Shown one piece after another: positions 1-9,116 of a stretch of 64,000 nucleotides of DNA. Numbering within the stretch: position 1 is the first letter of the stretch; each line of letters starts with the position of its first letter. The notes under the pieces are model-generated. The model searched no databases. It was not told the origin of the DNA and saw only the letters and a program-made list of their open reading frames with translations. The position numbers and the translations under genes were made by a program. Location of the stretch: NCBI GenBank assembly GCA_021399395.1, contig JAAFKJ010000001.1:7357-71356 (forward strand), in the 5' to 3' direction. The stretch comes from Candidatus Heimdallarchaeota archaeon (GTDB lineage: Archaea; Asgardarchaeota; Heimdallarchaeia; Heimdallarchaeales; Heimdallarchaeaceae).

Positions 1-939
1 TTTTTCTGGAGCAACAGCTGCAGGAGCACTAAAAACCAAGAATCCGTTGGATTTTAGTACTTTTCGAGCGTCAATCAAGAACTCATAAACTAAATCAGAT
101 AAATCCGCACCATGAGTAGAAGACTGTAGAGAATACGGAGGATCTGTTGCTATTGCGTCTACAGCCTTAATAGCTAGATAACGAGAATCACCACGATAGA
201 TTGATGTGTTAAAATTCTTAAATTGAGATAAATTCTCTTTAGAACCTTGAATTGCAAAACCGTCTAAATCACTCCCAATTGAATAAGCTCCCAGCTCAAA
301 TGCTTCTAACAGAAAACCTCCACCTCCACAAAATGGATCAAAGAAAGTATCACCTTGCTTAACTCTGGAAAGATTAACGATTGCTCTCGCAAAATCTGTT
401 CTCATAGCTCCTGGCCTAAAATAATCTCTCACCCCTGGTTCTCTTACTGCATATTTTTTTCTATCTTGAGACCAGAGTTCTAATCCTAAAAATAATTTCT
501 TCTTGAGTAAAACAGCTATAAATGAATAATATGGTGCTTTAAGATTCGCATCCAATTTAGCTTCCTCAAATTTGTGATAAATATGACCCCCTAGAATTCG
601 TTCAAGGTCAACTGATCGAAGTTTAATCTCTTTTCTACCTATTTTGCGCACTCTAACTGCAAAAGATTTGTTTGGTTCTATTTCTAGATGATTGTGTTCA
701 GCCTTAAAGTGGACTTTATCTTCAACAACCTCCCCCACATCAGTAAGAAGTATCAGTGCATGTAAAAACGCACATCTTGCAGCTGCTACCGTTGGATCTT
801 TTTCTGAATCAAAAATAATTATCTGATTTTCCTCGAGGACATTTTTGCATACAATTCCTTCGGCTTCTAAACAGGCATAGAATTCCTCATAGCCTATAGG
901 AAGAAAGTGTCCACAGATAAAGGCAAGATATTTTTTCAT
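1..939 (-). CDS. tRNA (guanine-N2)-methyltransferase, Trm11/Trm-G10 family (N-terminal THUMP-like region + class I SAM MTase); C-terminus runs off the window edge
   Basis: Absent from the ORF track because it has no stop in the window. My minus-strand translation from ATG 939..937 gives MKKYLAFICGH...PGAMRTDFARAIVNL...KQGDTFFDPFCGGGGFLLEA (SAM motif I) and ...DAIATDPPYS (DPPY motif IV). The frame stays open to base 1. The ATG overlaps the prs stop (ATGA). Confidence 0.8.
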   Translation of the reverse strand, partial: MKKYLAFICGHFLPIGYEEFYACLEAEGIVCKNVLEENQIIIFDSEKDPTVAAARCAFLHALILLTDVGEVVEDKVHFKAEHNHLEIEPNKSFAVRVRKIGRKEIKLRSVDLERILGGHIYHKFEEAKLDANLKAPYYSFIAVLLKKKLFLGLELWSQDRKKYAVREPGVRDYFRPGAMRTDFARAIVNLSRVKQGDTFFDPFCGGGGFLLEAFELGAYSIGSDLDGFAIQGSKENLSQFKNFNTSIYRGDSRYLAIKAVDAIATDPPYSLQSSTHGADLSDLVYEFLIDARKVLKSNGFLVFSAPAAVAPEK

Positions 940-1826
940 AAGAATTTGTCCTTAATAAATTTACTAGCAGCTGAACTAATTTCAATTTGTTCAATATCAG
1001 ATCGAGTTATTGTATTAGTAGAAATGACCTTATCTACGCCTATTTCCTTTATCTTGACAAATACATCAGGTTTAGCTATTGCATGTATAACAAGGAAAAA
1101 TAGAGATTTAGGTTTTCTGCTAAGAATAAGCTTACATGCATCAATTGCTGTCCCTCCAGAAGTGATGACATCATCAAGAAGTATGACATTCTTGTCTTCA
1201 ATATCCAACCCTGTATCCGTCATTGTTATTTCATGTGTCTCTGGGTCTCTAAATTTATCTAGAGAATTGAAAGGTATTGTCAATTCATCAGAGAAATATT
1301 GTAATTCATTAGTGATACCTCTATCTGGTCCTACAATCACAAAATTTTCATCAACTATATCCTTGAGATAGTCTCTGATTTCAGGTAAAATACTAATATC
1401 ATATTTCTCTAATTCTGGAACTAATGAAGTAAAAGCTTCTCTATTATGAACATTAAAGGTAAGAACAGAATCCACCCCCGATTTATAGAGCAATTCAAGT
1501 GTAACTTTGTGAGAAATGATTTCTTTTGCTATTCTTCTCCTATCTGCTCTAGCATAACAAAGATAGGGTGCAAAAAGATATACCTTTGATGCTTCAAACT
1601 CTTTCAATGTTGAAGCAATTAGCATAATCTCAATAAGGCGCTTCTCTTGGTTAGGAAAAGTGTTTTGGACAATCATAACCTCTTCATTCTCAACTTCACC
1701 ATCAATCTGAAGATAAGTTTCACCATCAGTAAATAATTTATTTTCCAAATTAATCAGAGACAAATTTAGTTCATTTGCAATCTTTTTACCCAGTTCAATT
1801 GAAGCAGGACCAGCTAATATTTTCAT
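936..1826 (-). CDS. prs: ribose-phosphate pyrophosphokinase (PRPP synthetase)
   Basis: 296 aa. N-terminal MKILAGPASIELGKKIA, the YLCYARADRR motif, and the PRPP-binding loop ILLDDVITSGGT. Confidence 0.92.
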   Translation of the reverse strand: MKILAGPASIELGKKIANELNLSLINLENKLFTDGETYLQIDGEVENEEVMIVQNTFPNQEKRLIEIMLIASTLKEFEASKVYLFAPYLCYARADRRRIAKEIISHKVTLELLYKSGVDSVLTFNVHNREAFTSLVPELEKYDISILPEIRDYLKDIVDENFVIVGPDRGITNELQYFSDELTIPFNSLDKFRDPETHEITMTDTGLDIEDKNVILLDDVITSGGTAIDACKLILSRKPKSLFFLVIHAIAKPDVFVKIKEIGVDKVISTNTITRSDIEQIEISSAASKFIKDKFL

Positions 1827-1857
1827 TGTTAGTAAGAAGTAGAAGATAACTAAATTA

Positions 1858-1873
1858 AAGCATTTTCATGCTT
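1858..1873. promoter_or_regulatory. palindrome AAGCA-ttttca-TGCTT upstream of prs (relaxed variant, GCA-N6-TGC core)
   Basis: Read directly. It lies about 32 nt upstream of the prs ATG (1826, minus strand). Confidence 0.3.
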
Positions 1874-1988
1874 ATTAAAAGTAAATAGCGCACTTCTGTA
1901 ACGATAGAATTTTGACCTAAAACATAGCTTTATTAACGCAAGTAACCCTTTTCTTTTGAAAATACTACTAGTGTTATTTGTGATAATT

Positions 1989-3926
1989 ATGGCTTCTAAA
2001 AAAGGAACTGGCAGTAAAAAGAAAGCCAAAACAAAAAAAGAACCGATTCTTGACATAGATTTCAAAGATACTAGTGAAATCTCCGTACCACCTCGATTAA
2101 TTGATCAGGTGATAGGACAAGAAACAGCTTCTGAGATAATTAAGAAGGCTGCTTTGCAAAGAAGACATGTACTGCTTATCGGAGAACCGGGAACAGGTAA
2201 AAGTATGCTAGGTGTAGCTATGGCAGAACTTCTCCCAAAAGAAGAGTTAGTCGATATTCTTTGTATCGCTAATCCAAAATATCCAAATCAACCCAGAATA
2301 GCAACCCTACCTGCAGGACATGGTTCTAGAAAGGTTGAAATGGATGCTGAAGTTGCTAGGAAAAGCGGAAACAAGAGGTTCATAATTTCAATTGCCATAC
2401 TTTTAGCAATAATTGGTTACGCTTTAATAGCAACAGCTGGTCGTCCAGACCAACAACCTACAACTCTTTTGATGGCAATGTTTGTAGGATTTTTCATATT
2501 CTTTATGCTCAATCAATCCAGATCAAAAACAGAATCATTAGTTCCAAAATTACTAGTAGATAATAATAAAAAGGACAGAGCGCCATTTAACGATTCAACT
2601 GGGAGCCATGCTGGTGCATTACTAGGAGATGTACGCCATGATCCATTTCAAAGTGGAGGATTAGGCACTCCTCCTCACGAACGTGTCGAAAGTGGTTTAA
2701 TCCACAAATCTCACTTAGGAGTTCTTTATTGTGATGAAATTGGAACTCTTGAAATGCGAACACAGCAAAAACTACTAACCGCAATGCAAGAAGGAAAACT
2801 GCAAATTACAGGACAATCTGAACTAAGTAGTGGAGCAATGGTTCGTTCAGAACCCGTACCTTGTAGATTTGTTTTAATTGCTGCAGGAAATATCGAAACT
2901 ACTCGAAACATGCATCCTGCACTAAGGTCAAGAATCCAAGGTTCAGGTTATGAAGTTTACATGGGAGACACAATGCCAGATCTTCCAGAAAATCGAAGAA
3001 AACTAGCAAGATTTTGTGCTCAAGAGATTTTTAATGACAGGAAAATCCCACATTTCACAAAAGAAGGTGTGGAAGAGATCATCTATGAAGCTCAGAGGAG
3101 AGCAGATAAGAAAGAGCATCTAACACTTAGATTGAGAGAGCTTGGAGGTCTAATAAGAGCTGCTGGAGACCTTGCTAAAGAACGAGGAGAAGACTTGGTT
3201 TCAGCTGAAACTGTCAGATCATCAAAAGTAATCGCACGAACCTTAGAAAATCAAATGAGTGATGCATATGCAGATTCAAGAAAGTTGTATAAGATCTTCA
3301 AGACTGAAGATGCTATGGTAGGTAGAGTTAATGGTTTAGCTGTAATCAATCAAAGGTCAGGAATAGTAATGCCTATCGAAGCAGAGGTTGTTCCAGCTTT
3401 CAGTCGAAGAGAAGGTAAAATCATAGCTACAGGTCAATTAAGGGTCATTGCGAGAGAGGCAGTTCAAAATGTTTCTGCAATAGTTAAGAAATATGTTGGA
3501 AAGGATATTTCTGATTTTGATTATCATATACAATTCGTTGGAGCATATGCAGGAGTTGAGGGTGATTCAGCTTCTATTTCCATTGCTGTCGCCATAATTT
3601 CAGCATTAGAAAAAGCACCAATACGCCAGGATACTGCAATGACTGGTAGTTTAACAGTTAGAGGAATCGTAATTCCTATTGGAGGAGCTACTGCAAAAAT
3701 CGAAGCAGCATCTGCAGCAGGAATTAAAAGAGTAATAATTCCAGTTCAAAACATAGATGATGTGAAACTTGAGGAGAGATACAAAGGCAAAGTAGAAATA
3801 ATTCCGGTTTCAAATTTCCATGAAGTTTTAAGAGCTGCTTTGCCTGAAGAATACCACTCTATAGCTAAAAAATTCGAAGATTTAGCTAACGAAAAATCAG
3901 AAATTCCTGCTAAGGGAGCAAAATAA
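1989..3926 (+). CDS. lon: archaeal membrane-bound Lon protease (LonB type)
   Basis: Walker A GEPGTGKSM and Walker B LYCDEIG. Two hydrophobic helices (FIISIAILLAIIGYALIATAG, LLMAMFVGFFIFFML) are inserted in the AAA+ module. C-terminal protease domain has GDSASIS. I prefer ATG 1989 (MASKKGTG...) over the track's TTG 1956. Confidence 0.9.
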   Translation: MASKKGTGSKKKAKTKKEPILDIDFKDTSEISVPPRLIDQVIGQETASEIIKKAALQRRHVLLIGEPGTGKSMLGVAMAELLPKEELVDILCIANPKYPNQPRIATLPAGHGSRKVEMDAEVARKSGNKRFIISIAILLAIIGYALIATAGRPDQQPTTLLMAMFVGFFIFFMLNQSRSKTESLVPKLLVDNNKKDRAPFNDSTGSHAGALLGDVRHDPFQSGGLGTPPHERVESGLIHKSHLGVLYCDEIGTLEMRTQQKLLTAMQEGKLQITGQSELSSGAMVRSEPVPCRFVLIAAGNIETTRNMHPALRSRIQGSGYEVYMGDTMPDLPENRRKLARFCAQEIFNDRKIPHFTKEGVEEIIYEAQRRADKKEHLTLRLRELGGLIRAAGDLAKERGEDLVSAETVRSSKVIARTLENQMSDAYADSRKLYKIFKTEDAMVGRVNGLAVINQRSGIVMPIEAEVVPAFSRREGKIIATGQLRVIAREAVQNVSAIVKKYVGKDISDFDYHIQFVGAYAGVEGDSASISIAVAIISALEKAPIRQDTAMTGSLTVRGIVIPIGGATAKIEAASAAGIKRVIIPVQNIDDVKLEERYKGKVEIIPVSNFHEVLRAALPEEYHSIAKKFEDLANEKSEIPAKGAK

Positions 3927-3971
3927 TCTTGATATGATTCACATGTTAGTTCATCAAAGGTGCGAACATAA

Positions 3972-4292
3972 ATGACAACTGCAGGTTTTTACCATTATTA
4001 TTGTGGAATAACAGCACAACCTAATGATGAAGAACAATATGAAGACTTGGGGGAATTTGATTTACACATACAACTTGTTCAGACTGAACTGACTGAAAAA
4101 GAACCTAAAAGACAACCTAGATTTGAAACAGGATATTTTCAAGCTGAATGGATTGAAATAACTTTTATCTTCAGAGCATCTTTTAGAGATAATAATGAAG
4201 AGATTTACAGATACATTGATTTGGTTACAGAAACATTGGAGGAACAATTAAACATTACTATTGTCAATTTCCAAGTAGAGTCAATAATCTAA
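3972..4292 (+). CDS. hypothetical acidic protein (106 aa)
   Basis: Fills the spacer without overlapping neighbours. No motif recognised. Confidence 0.4.
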   Translation: MTTAGFYHYYCGITAQPNDEEQYEDLGEFDLHIQLVQTELTEKEPKRQPRFETGYFQAEWIEITFIFRASFRDNNEEIYRYIDLVTETLEEQLNITIVNFQVESII

Positions 4293-4297
4293 AAGAA

Positions 4298-5335
4298 TTA
4301 TTTGAAAATAATATTTAATTGTGTTTCACATTTATTACAATTTCCAGTTAAAGAAATTCTTCTAAGTTCAGTCACAGTTGAAGATCTCTTAATCAACAAT
4401 TCATTACAATTTGGACAATAAGTGTTATTGGAATCATGATCTGGGACATTGTCTAAGTAAACAAAATGCAATCCTGCATCTTTTGCAGCTTTGAATGATT
4501 CTTCTAGAAGCACAATAGAAGTTGGAGATAGTTCTTTTAGTCTGTGTGCTGGAAGTAATCGGGCTAAATGCAAGGGAACTGAAGGTGACAATTCGGTTTT
4601 TATCCAGTCAGCTAATTTTCTAGCTTCTTCTACACCATTTCCTAGTTTCTCATGAATTACAAGATTGAGTTCCAAGAGCTTTTCTTTTTCATGAATAAGT
4701 TTAATAATTGATTTTATTTGCCCAAAATTTCCTCTCCGACAATTGCTTTCGTAGCCTTTGTCTGAAATTGATTTAATATCAATAGTTACCGCATCAACAT
4801 ATTCCAAAATTTCTTCAACGGGTTCTTTGTTAAAGTAACCATTTGTTCTAAGTAAAATTTTTAATCCTCTATCTTTTGCTAACTTAGCCGAATCTCTAAA
4901 CCATTCAAAAGAAATTAGTGGTTCTGCCTCTCCAAAACAGATAACCTTGGAACCTGAAGCCATTCCAAACATTGCTACTTGATCAGGAGCTAATTTCTTT
5001 CCCATGTATTTTTCAGGATCTGAAAATGCCTTATCCGGCATTGTACAATAGTCACAATCCAAGTTACAATTGTATGTTGAAAATGTTTGTGCTCTAGAAT
5101 TAGGTAGAAAATGATAAACATGCTGTTTTTCAATCATGTCTATTTTCATATCTGTTGCTCCGTAAGTGAGAGAATACAGTTTACCATCAATGTTTTTTCG
5201 TGCTAAACATTTACCTGTTTCCTCCCTTAGAAGTGTACACTCAATTGGACACAGTTTACATTGAATAACTTGGTTGTCTTCATCAAGAATTTCATAATAA
5301 TCTGCTTCGTGCAAAGTTTGAGACATCGGCTTCAT
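4298..5335 (-). CDS. radical SAM protein, divergent AmmeMemoRadiSam (AmrS)/PFL-activase-like
   Basis: CX3CX2C cluster YNCNLDCDYC, N-terminal auxiliary Cys motif QCKLCPIECT...GKC, C-terminal CPNC...CNKC ribbon. Collinear with the paralog at 20620..21645, but the usual CQNW after the cluster reads CTMP. Confidence 0.75.
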   Translation of the reverse strand: MKPMSQTLHEADYYEILDEDNQVIQCKLCPIECTLLREETGKCLARKNIDGKLYSLTYGATDMKIDMIEKQHVYHFLPNSRAQTFSTYNCNLDCDYCTMPDKAFSDPEKYMGKKLAPDQVAMFGMASGSKVICFGEAEPLISFEWFRDSAKLAKDRGLKILLRTNGYFNKEPVEEILEYVDAVTIDIKSISDKGYESNCRRGNFGQIKSIIKLIHEKEKLLELNLVIHEKLGNGVEEARKLADWIKTELSPSVPLHLARLLPAHRLKELSPTSIVLLEESFKAAKDAGLHFVYLDNVPDHDSNNTYCPNCNELLIKRSSTVTELRRISLTGNCNKCETQLNIIFK

Positions 5336-5503
5336 GACAATCTTTGAGGTTCATTATTAAAGTTTATTAAACCAACAAATACATGAACAAACAAACAATC
5401 TCGATAGATATTAATAAGATAAAATTCGGTCTACTTTTCCATAAAGCAAAAATCTTGAGAAATGAGCAAAAAGTATTTCTAATCTAAAACTATTTTTCTC
5501 ATA

Positions 5504-6649
5504 ATGTGGTCTCTTCTTCGTAAAGATGTCATGACAGTTTGGCAACAAGTTGAATTGAAGGAAAGGTTAGTTCGATATAGAGAGATTTTCCAAGGAAAGC
5601 GTATTCCAAGGTATAAGCTTGCCAGATTATTTTTTGTTCCATTTGACGAATATAAAGATAGGGGGGAATTATTGGACATTCATGAGCATTATCACACAAA
5701 ATTCAAAGCATGGTTAGAAGAGAAGCAATCCTTACCATTGGAAAAAGTGGAACAGGAAGTCTATACTAAGCATACAGAGACCGAGATAGTAAACAACAAT
5801 TATTTGAAACTAAAATCAATAATTCTAAATGACATTTTATCCTCGTGCGAGTTCTGTGAAACAAGGTGCAAAACTAATCGTTCTGAAGGTAAAGTTGGAA
5901 AATGTGGAGTAGATGGAGAAGCGTATGTCAGTTCATCGTTTATTCACATGGGGGAAGAAAGTCCAATTATACCTAGTGGAACAATTTTCTTCTATGGATG
6001 TACAATTGACTGTCAATTTTGTCAAAATTGGGATATAAGCCATGAATTTGATCTACAAAGGTTTAAAGGACGAGGAACATCTTCTGTTGAATTAGCTAGT
6101 ATGTTTTATTCTCTTGTAAAACAAAATGCAAGAAATATCAACTTTGTAGGTGGAGAACCAACACCAAACCTTCATGTGATTTTTGAAGCTCTTCTCATTA
6201 CACAAGTAGATGTACCAATGTTGTGGAATAGTAATATGTACTTAACCGAGACAAGTATGAAACTAATCTCGGACATATTTGATATTTGGTTACCTGATAT
6301 GAAATATAGTAACAATGAATGTGCTTCAAAATATTCCAAAGCACCAGTATATTGGGATGCTTTGAAACGAAATATGAAGATGATAGAGCAAAGAGGAAGT
6401 GGAGAATATGTTATACGTCATCTTGTAATGCCAAGCCATACAAAGTGTTGTTCACTACCTATTTTGGACTGGGTTAATGAGAATTTGAAAACACCATTAA
6501 TCAATATCATGGCACAATATCATCCAGACTACAAAGTACTTCAAACAGATAGATTTCCAGAGATTGGAAGAAGAGTATCTACAGGTGAAATGCATGAAGT
6601 TAGAAGTTATGCAGATAAACTTGGTCTCTACTGGAAAAGTGTGTCTTAA
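5504..6649 (+). CDS. radical SAM protein, PflX-like putative activating enzyme
   Basis: GCTIDCQFCQNWDISH (CX3CX2C followed by QNW), an upstream Cys-rich stretch CEFCETRCK...GKCG, and NFVGGEPTP. Confidence 0.75.
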   Translation: MWSLLRKDVMTVWQQVELKERLVRYREIFQGKRIPRYKLARLFFVPFDEYKDRGELLDIHEHYHTKFKAWLEEKQSLPLEKVEQEVYTKHTETEIVNNNYLKLKSIILNDILSSCEFCETRCKTNRSEGKVGKCGVDGEAYVSSSFIHMGEESPIIPSGTIFFYGCTIDCQFCQNWDISHEFDLQRFKGRGTSSVELASMFYSLVKQNARNINFVGGEPTPNLHVIFEALLITQVDVPMLWNSNMYLTETSMKLISDIFDIWLPDMKYSNNECASKYSKAPVYWDALKRNMKMIEQRGSGEYVIRHLVMPSHTKCCSLPILDWVNENLKTPLINIMAQYHPDYKVLQTDRFPEIGRRVSTGEMHEVRSYADKLGLYWKSVS

Positions 6650-6659
6650 GAGCAATATA

Positions 6660-7148
6660 TTATTGGATACTCATTTCCCAGAGTAATCTTTTGGTAGTAT
6701 TTCTTTCCCACTTATTTAATGCGCTTCGTGCTGCTATAGTTTCTGATAAGAATTTATGTTGGAAATCAGATATAAAATCAATCAGTTTCTCAATTTCTGA
6801 CACTTTTTCAAGTAAAGCTTGGGAGATATAGAATGTAATAGAAAATCCTGGTTCAGGTTCTTTTTGTACAATCCCTGTAGATTCATACAAAGCTAGACTC
6901 AATCTTCTTAATAGCATATCATCAAATGGGTCTCTTAATTCTAGAATTAAGGAAATTAAGCTAGAGTTTCGTGTTTTTTCAATGAACCCATTCTTTAGAG
7001 GAAACTGCTTTAGATCCATTTCTCTACATTCTTTACAGATCACACATGGATAGTTTATCTCCCTATGAGGACAAACATAGCGTTGTAATCTTAGAGCCTC
7101 TCTAATTTTATCCTTATCTTCCAAAAATTCGGGTTGACCAGAACTCAT
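6660..7148 (-). CDS. hypothetical protein with CPH-x7-CVICKEC putative metal-binding motif
   Basis: 162-aa ORF filling the spacer. Only the Cys/His motif was recognised. Confidence 0.45.
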   Translation of the reverse strand: MSSGQPEFLEDKDKIREALRLQRYVCPHREINYPCVICKECREMDLKQFPLKNGFIEKTRNSSLISLILELRDPFDDMLLRRLSLALYESTGIVQKEPEPGFSITFYISQALLEKVSEIEKLIDFISDFQHKFLSETIAARSALNKWERNTTKRLLWEMSIQ

Positions 7149-7220
7149 TACCTAACACAGAACATGTTATGTTTTTAATATTTCTTTTGTCCTACTCAAA
7201 AAAAACTTAAGAAATTGGAT

Positions 7221-7667
7221 CTAAATCTCAAAAACATCACTGTTTTCAAAATAAGTTGAATTTGCTTGTTTCTTCTCAACAAAAGCTGGCATAATTGACG
7301 AGATTGTCTCTTTGAGTTTCCAATAATACTTGTAGCTCTCTACTGGTTTCTTCCTAAAAAGTGCTACTGAATCTTTTGAATTCATTACTGTTTCATTAAG
7401 TAATGTTATTGCTTTGGGAAGGGAGCTAGTGCCTTTAAGATTATCCAGATAGATTTTTTGCCACCTTTCTTTTCCATCTTCTTTTTCCAATACCACTTTA
7501 AATTTGATGGCTATCATTTCTAATTCAGCTCTCAGATCCCAGATGAGATTTTCAATCCCATTCATAGGTGTTTTTGCTGTCTTTGAGATGATTTTCTCCA
7601 GGTTTTTGTTTATTGCCTGAATATTTCTCAAGAGATCTTCTTTAGTGAGTACTGAATTTTCTTGCAT
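7221..7667 (-). CDS. hypothetical protein (148 aa, helical-looking)
   Basis: ORF with no competing frame and no motif recognised. Confidence 0.45.
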   Translation of the reverse strand: MQENSVLTKEDLLRNIQAINKNLEKIISKTAKTPMNGIENLIWDLRAELEMIAIKFKVVLEKEDGKERWQKIYLDNLKGTSSLPKAITLLNETVMNSKDSVALFRKKPVESYKYYWKLKETISSIMPAFVEKKQANSTYFENSDVFEI

Positions 7668-7706
7668 CTTGTGTAGGGAAACTTAAGTTCTTTAAAAAAA
7701 TGGTGT

Positions 7707-8939
7707 TTGGAAACAAAGTTTAAAATAAAGAATTTTTTATCTCTCCTAATGTCCTTTAGGAACAGTTTCGGATTAGATTTTCATTTTTCTGAGAATGAAA
7801 TTTATCTAGATTCTGCTACTTCAGGTAAGTTACCAGTTACTTCTCTTGAAACCATGAATCGCTATTATACAGATTTGGGCGGTGGACTTAACAGAGGTAC
7901 TCACAAAAAAGCATTGAATGCCAATAGAATTTTAGAAAGATCTCGCTCCACTATCGCACATATCTTCTCAATAGAACCTTCTAATCTTTCTTTTCTCCCT
8001 TCAAGAGAAACAGCAATAACAAATTTCCTTTCATCGGGAATATTTTCAAGTGAAGATGAAGTTATTGTTAGCTCATTAGATGACCACTCAGTTATTGCAC
8101 CACTGCTCAAGATAAAATCATTATATAAGACTAACTTAAATTTCGTATCTTTAAAGGAAGAAAGTAATCTGGCTGAATCAATAAAAAATAAGATATCAAA
8201 CAAAACTAAAGCAATTGTTTTATCTTCCCTGACATTAGGAATGGGTATTAGTAGGGATTGGAGAGAATTAGCTAAGATAGCTCAAGATGCTGAAATACTA
8301 TTCTTACTTGACATAAGTAACGAAGTTGGTCATAAGAATTTTAATTTCAAAGAAATTATGCCCGATATGGTTATTTCTTCAGGCAATATTGGCGCACTAG
8401 GACCTCAAGGAACCGCTTTTCAAATCTTAAAAGAAGATATGATCAAAAAATTCGATCCCATACTTGTTGGTGGTGGATCTGTTATATCGCTTACTAAGGA
8501 CAATTTCAGACTATCTTCTACTATTTCAAAATATGAACCGGGAACTTTGAATATCGCTGGAATTTCTGCTTTAGCGAACAGTTTACATTCATTATCTGAG
8601 ATAGGGTTTGAGACCATTTCAGAACATGAGAAAAATCTTAGAAGGTTTCTTGTTAATGGATTATCAGAAACAAGTAAAATTGATATCATCGAACATCCAA
8701 AATTAAATTATGGTCCGATTCTTTCCTTTAAGAGCGAAGAAATAGATGCTCATGATATAGCAATTATTTTAGAAGATTTAGGAAATATCTATTTGAGAAG
8801 TGGGGCACTCTGTTCTCACTTATTTATGGAAGAAGTAAAACAAGAATCACTTGTTCAAGTTTCAACTCATCTTTATAATACTAAAGAGGATATTGAAATA
8901 TTCTTAGAAACTCTAAACTCAATAATGACAGAGATTTAA
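7707..8939 (+). CDS. class V aminotransferase-fold, SufS/CsdA-like cysteine desulfurase homolog apparently lacking the PLP lysine
   Basis: Aligns by eye along the whole length to SufS: IYLDSATSG, VGGGSVI, YEPGTLNIAG, RSGALCSHLF (active-site Cys loop), STHLYNTKEDIE. SGHK is replaced by SGNIG (8379..8393). TTG start. Confidence 0.75.
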   Translation: METKFKIKNFLSLLMSFRNSFGLDFHFSENEIYLDSATSGKLPVTSLETMNRYYTDLGGGLNRGTHKKALNANRILERSRSTIAHIFSIEPSNLSFLPSRETAITNFLSSGIFSSEDEVIVSSLDDHSVIAPLLKIKSLYKTNLNFVSLKEESNLAESIKNKISNKTKAIVLSSLTLGMGISRDWRELAKIAQDAEILFLLDISNEVGHKNFNFKEIMPDMVISSGNIGALGPQGTAFQILKEDMIKKFDPILVGGGSVISLTKDNFRLSSTISKYEPGTLNIAGISALANSLHSLSEIGFETISEHEKNLRRFLVNGLSETSKIDIIEHPKLNYGPILSFKSEEIDAHDIAIILEDLGNIYLRSGALCSHLFMEEVKQESLVQVSTHLYNTKEDIEIFLETLNSIMTEI

Positions 8940-9116
8940 AATAATCGGTCACCTAAGCTTCTTTCTGACATCGCTTTACGCTTTACCAAATGCCTTCCGA
9001 TCATTCCGATATATGTCAGTTACCAATTATATATACAAAAGTTTCTATGGATGAAAGTATTTATTTTTTGAACTAGTAAAATTTTAATACAGAATAGAGA
9101 ATAGAAAAAAGAAACT

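Noticed and set aside
907-1371. 154-aa plus-strand ORF in the track
   Set aside because: It is entirely antisense to the well-supported prs gene. The sequence is low-complexity and Ser/Ile/Leu-rich, typical of a shadow ORF in AT-rich DNA.
1850-2065. 71-aa minus-strand ORF spanning the prs-lon spacer
   Set aside because: It overlaps the lon N-terminus and the divergent promoter region. It has no motif and shadow-ORF composition.
8941-9025. C/D-box sRNA hypothesis for the structured spacer element
   Set aside because: CTGA (D-box-like) is present, but there is no RUGAUGA C box on either strand in the required arrangement.
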